A stretch of 64,000 bases of DNA. It comes from Podarcis bocagei (Eukaryota). Of the stretch, positions 58,736-64,000 are shown piece after piece. Location: the NCBI GenBank assembly GCA_964188305.1, contig OZ076894.1, one strand, 5' to 3'. A program made the position numbers and the translations under genes. Position 1 is the stretch's first letter, and each line of letters begins with the position of its first letter. Below the pieces are notes generated by a model, which was given only the letters and a program-made list of their open reading frames with translations, was not told where the DNA came from and did not search any database.

Positions 58736-61700
58736 CTGGGGACAAAGAAAATATATCATTTAATAATTCATGAGAGATAAGAAACAATCCACACTAAACC
58801 AGTAGTGAAGTTTGCCTTTTACAAAGAACATCTAAGTTTTGTATTTTTAAACACAGTAACAGGCATGTTCGTTCACATAAGCATTTAATTTGTTCAGAAT
58901 TTGTTTTTGGTTTAGGTAATACCGTAATTACTGAATCCACTTCAAAGACGCAAAGCAGTTTTAGCAAGAATAAATAGTTCTGGTCGCTAAACATAATGCA
59001 GGTCACCACCATGGCACAACTCTGTCACTTCTTACTATAGCATAATTCCCACATCACTCTCCATACTTCCCTTACCTTCCCAGAGCAACTCACTTCATCT
59101 TAAAACAAATGGTTTCCTGGAAGTGTTGAGACAGTGTCTTTACCCTCCAGATTACTAGTAGTTACCTGAAGATTCTTCCTGCATTGCCTCACTGAACTGC
59201 TTCTGAAGTAACAGCCTTGTTGATTTGACAGGGCGGATGGTTCTCTGTTTTGCCATGCTGTGCTGTGGCAGTTTCACAGCGATGAAACATAGCAAGACAG
59301 GAAGCATTGCCTAATTATTATCCCACCCAGTCCCAGGTGAGTATTTTTGTTCCGTTTCAAGCTATCAAAGGCATGTGCTTTTCAAGGGTGTGAAAGTCGT
59401 TGTGAAATTCTGTCTTCCTTTCAGAGCCATCCTAATTAGTATCACTAGCCTGGTTGATGGCACTGGTAATAACTATGAACAATACATATGGATCATTTCA
59501 TTGTTTCCCACTTTTCTGTTGCTCTCATAACCAGAAAGTTGAAATTTTCTCTAAGGTACATAAATAAGTATTTGTTTCAGATCTTTGATTCTAAGATCTA
59601 TTTCCTTTTCTACATTTATTTCCTTTTCTACATCTTAATAATTACTTATTCCCAATACCACTCTTCCTGTCTAAACATCATATCTGGAACACTGCCAGAT
59701 TTACACATATTATGAATACCCTGCACATGAAATTCCTTTTCATGACTTGCCTACTGCTTATGTTTTATTGTTGCCTTAGTTTACTATGAGTATGCAGAAT
59801 CCCCAAGGCCAATGTACTGTCAGTTAAACTGTCTCAATATCATGGTTTCAATAGGGGGAAAAACCCAAAGACTGATTCCCACTTGGGCATGTGTGTTCTA
59901 AATATTCATTACTTAGAATGTTTCAACTAGTCTGATTTAATACTTAGCAATGTCGATTATTGTGAATGTCAGAAATCTGAAGCTGTGGATATAGTTTTTA
60001 ACATTCTTCCAGTATATGTTGACAACTACCAGTGAATATTAACAATCACCGCTGAAGAGTTATCATCATTTGCTGATGAAGTTTGACAATCTCCAGGGTC
60101 TGATGTTTACAGTAGCATCTCCATTCACTCCTACATTTATTGCTTTAATTTCCGAGAGAAAATTAATTAAAAGACCTTGCTTTCTTTACAGCTTCTGCCT
60201 CGGTCACTTTGTAAGATAAAAATAAAAATGTAGTTTTCTGGCTATCTTTGCCTGTTATTCAAAGATGGTGCATATATACTCATCACATTCTTATTTTATT
60301 TCGTCTGTTTTATACTTCTTGCCTCTGAAAGCTCATGCCATATTATGACAGTTAGCCTTTATGGTATTATAGTTTGTTTTTCTTTTTGCTGTTACAGTTA
60401 ACATCACTCTTCTGGAATTTTAACATTTCACGATAATGTGTGGATTCAACTACTAGGGGGAAAAGGACAACAGAAGCTGAGGTGTTTGTTAGATATAACT
60501 AATGTAGCGTGCTTCAAATTTATCTTCTGAAAGCAAAAATGTACCCATCAAATCTAGCTCCACAATGAATGCAGTTCATGCTCTCATGAAAACTCTCCTA
60601 GCCTTTCTAATACTGCACCCATATCTCTTGTCACTGGATGGCAGAAAGCATAATATATTCTTGTGAGTGGATTAGATCAATCCATCAATTTGGAGTTTTA
60701 TCAATGGAAGATCTAATCTTGATTGTATAGTTTCCAATTCTGTTTTCACACTACAATCTACAAAAATATGTCAAGATGATGTTGTGGATTAATTTTCTGA
60801 AACTTGCTATTTACCCCAAAAAAGGTTAGAGAATATCTTAACAAATATTTTTCATTTTTCATTTCACAGTTGTTCAGCAACAGTTAAAAGAGGAGTTTCT
60901 AGACTTGCTTTTAGTTCACCAAGCAGGCATATAATGCACTTGTCTAAAAATTGCAATGGTTATTTCCCATGTTACATTAATCTGGATAAAATGTTAATCA
61001 GTGCCATTACTTATGTACTCAGCATCCAGTCTCGATTGAAGGAGTGTGTTTTGAGAGGGATAGGGAAACAGCTTTTGTGTATTTTCTGTCCACAATGCAG
61101 TAGTTATTCCCTACGGGTTCCTTTAAATACTTTCACCCTTCACAATGTTTGAACACATTCATCTTCTAATACACCAAACCTCAGTTTTGTAAGTTTTATT
61201 TGAAGTGGCTATAGGAAAATAAAAGGGATATTGGAGAATGAATAAGAGAACCTTTCATTGGGAATGGAAAACTATGCTTCAGGTAGGTACAAGAGTATTT
61301 TTTCTCCATTCCTGCAATGAAAGGTCAGCAGATTGGGACATACCAGAGCTATCCCAATCTGGTTGACTTGGTGAGAGTGGAGGGATGAAGCAGAGGCTTA
61401 GCGGATGTGGGGAAGAGCCAAAGAAAAGGGTGGTTTGCATTCCCGATCTCTGGACCAAAAATTGAAGTAGAAAAAAACAGCTGTTCCCACTAGCCTACTC
61501 TGGGCTTCTCCAGCTAAGTTTCCGCCCAAGAGAGTGATGAGTCACAGAGCCATGACAAAAAGGATCCTGGCTTCCTGAAAGCAGATGAGGTATTTCTAAG
61601 AGGGGCAGTAAAAGGCTTCTATAAAGACAGGAGTAAGTCAGGAGAGAAGAAGTTGGGAGCAGAATGTGATTTGGCTACACTCAATGAAGGCAGGAACAAA

Positions 61701-64000
61701 ATAAGAGACTTGGGAGTCCCCAAACGTTGTTTCCTGACTTAAGACTGTGGGTGGAGCAATCAACCCAATCTGCTGACCTTTCATTGCATGAATGGGAAAA
61801 CTTGTGTTCCATAAAGTTATCTATGGAGGATAGTGCATTTACAATATTAAATATCTCTCTCACATATACAGTCCTATCAAATTAGCATTCTCATTGTGCC
61901 TTGTACTCCGTAAAACTGGAAAGGTTTTACATCCCCTTGAATCATAAATCAGAAGAAAAAAAACTTCATTGTTTTAAATTTATATTTTAATTTTATAATT
62001 GGTTTAAATTGAAAAGTGAATGATGAATGAAGATCATGATAGAGTTCATTTTAAATTGTTAAATGTGAAATTCAAGATGTACAATCCACAATGGCTGATT
62101 AACATATTAACAGATGTGGTGGGATTAAATTGTGTGTGAATCTGCCCATCAAACTCATCTCATGCATACAGGCTATTAGTTTGTATCTATGTGTCCTATC
62201 AATGATAGCCTTCTTTTTGAAGACGTGTCCAGTTCAAATCCAGTTTAGATATAAAGAGTTACAGAAAGCAAATATTATGGCTAGAAAATCGAAACTTCTA
62301 CTACAACACACTGAGCATGCACACAGTTCACCTGGTCATAGCCTTTTCCCCTAGAGTGAGATATCTATTTCTATTTCAATTCTACATTTGCATCTATACA
62401 TATAAATTAGCATGTGTGAATCTGTGACTTATTTTGACCTCTTTTGGATGGTGTACTTCCTGCTTCTGCAACAGTGGCCAATCTAGGACTATTAAGCATA
62501 GTCTAGGTCTATTCAGCTGCATATTGAATGGTGTTGTGAAACCTAAATGAATGTAGTGGTTTGTTTCCAACACTAATCATTCATCTTTTAAATATATGGT
62601 GCTTAAGCATATATTTTTGCATCCTCTTAGTTTGCTATGCAGTGTCATAAAACTATCTACTGCCTACTTTGCATTTTCTTATTTTGCAATGTGGTGTCAT
62701 AAAACTATCTACTGCCTTGAACTGTACAGAAAACAAAACTGCAGACCAACCTATCTGCAAAAATGCTCACCGAGCTTGTATTCATACACAAATTTTCACA
62801 TGGAGTTCTTAAGCCATTTGCTATGTGTGATACTACTTCATAGAAGTAAATCAAAATAATTATCTTGCCTGATTAGTTTTAATATCAAGGAGAATCCTAA
62901 TGTTTTACATCCAAGCATTCAAAATGCAAGTGCTCATGTAAGCTTTACAATCATAACACATTATAACCTACCATTATATGAATCTACAATGGAGACTACA
63001 GATATCCTTTGGGATTTAACTATATATTTCTAGTGGGAAAAATATTTGCAGGTGTGAGACTAAATTGTCAAAGCAATATGAGTAATAATCATAAGGTAGG
63101 TTATATGGTTTGCACTATGCTGTTCTGCAAGTTATATATAGGCAAGTCATAGTTCATCATCTATTAAGCAAAACAACTTCAACCCTGAGATGCACAGCCT
63201 GGCATTCTGAACTTTGTACATACCAAATACATATGGTTGCTCCTAAATTGTTTTCATTCATTTTTAAATAACTTGCTAATAGCATAGGCGCACTACCAAT
63301 ATAATTCAATGACTATGAAGTATTAGCTTCCATCTCTGTGGTATAAATGGCTTAGCTGGGTATAGCTACCAGTGGATGAAATTGAACCAAAGATTATTGT
63401 GCCAATGCAGGGATAGTAAACTCTTTTCTGTGGTGGACTGCTCATCTACCAGATCCAATAGTGAGTGCAGTTAGAGTTAAATTGCTTAGTGCCTCCTATT
63501 TCTATGCCACCCCCTCCCTTTTCTTCCCCCATCACCACCCTAACCCTAACCTATTTTTAGGTGTCAGGCATTTAATATATATATATATATATTCACCAGA
63601 CTTCTGGCCCTTCATTTGGAGGGTATTAGGTACTTGTGGTCTCTTTCTTTCTTATCCTTTAGTTGGGTGGGTTAGACCTGTCTTTATATATATATATTAT
63701 GGACATGTTTTTAGGTTTTCATTTTGTTTTCATTTTTCAACTTGGTTTTAATGTTTGTATCATTTTGTGAGTTGATTTGGGTCATTTCTCATGAAAAACT
63801 GAATAATTAATCATAATCATAATAATATCATAATAATACTTAAATAACAAATGATCATTGAACATATATACATTATTGAACACAATCTGTGGTGGCAATC
63901 TGGTAATCATGGTGTAGCAGAGGGGAAAGCACAGCTCTGCAACAATTTTCGGAGCAGGGCTGAAGAAGTCAACTGCAAGAGGACCAGAGTAATGATGGGT

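Noticed and set aside
58736-64000. Upstream TENM3 transmembrane exon or promoter
   Set aside because: No matching peptide or CpG island found; region appears to be intron with decayed repeats

Overview
Vertebrate genomic DNA, most likely a lacertid lizard (it carries Podarcis-type Sauria SINEs). The whole 64 kb lies inside one minus-strand gene, teneurin-3 (TENM3). I traced 15 GT-AG exons with consistent phases from 58735 down to 3680 (2439 nt, 813 codons with both microexons). They encode the ectodomain from just after the transmembrane helix through the Ig-like region, eight EGF repeats, the Cys-rich, TTR and FN-plug regions. Two alternatively spliced microexons lie between EGF7 and EGF8 (AHYLDKIVK, and [A]DKIGYK with a NAGNAG acceptor). 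The upstream TM exon and the downstream NHL/YD/Tox-GHH exons are outside the window. Introns hold Sauria SINEs, CR1/L2/L1 fragments, TA-flanked Tc1/mariner-pogo MITEs, hAT MITEs, LTR-like remnants and Penelope-like elements (PLEs). There is a 260-N assembly gap. The most unusual signals are PLE-derived minimal hammerhead-ribozyme motifs, including a near-perfect 82-bp inverted pair with one copy on the TENM3 pre-mRNA strand in the intron upstream of the microexons. I found no convincing evidence of a wholly new multi-gene system; most short ORFs in the track are noise. Repeat family names come from my recognition of sequence hallmarks, not from a database search.
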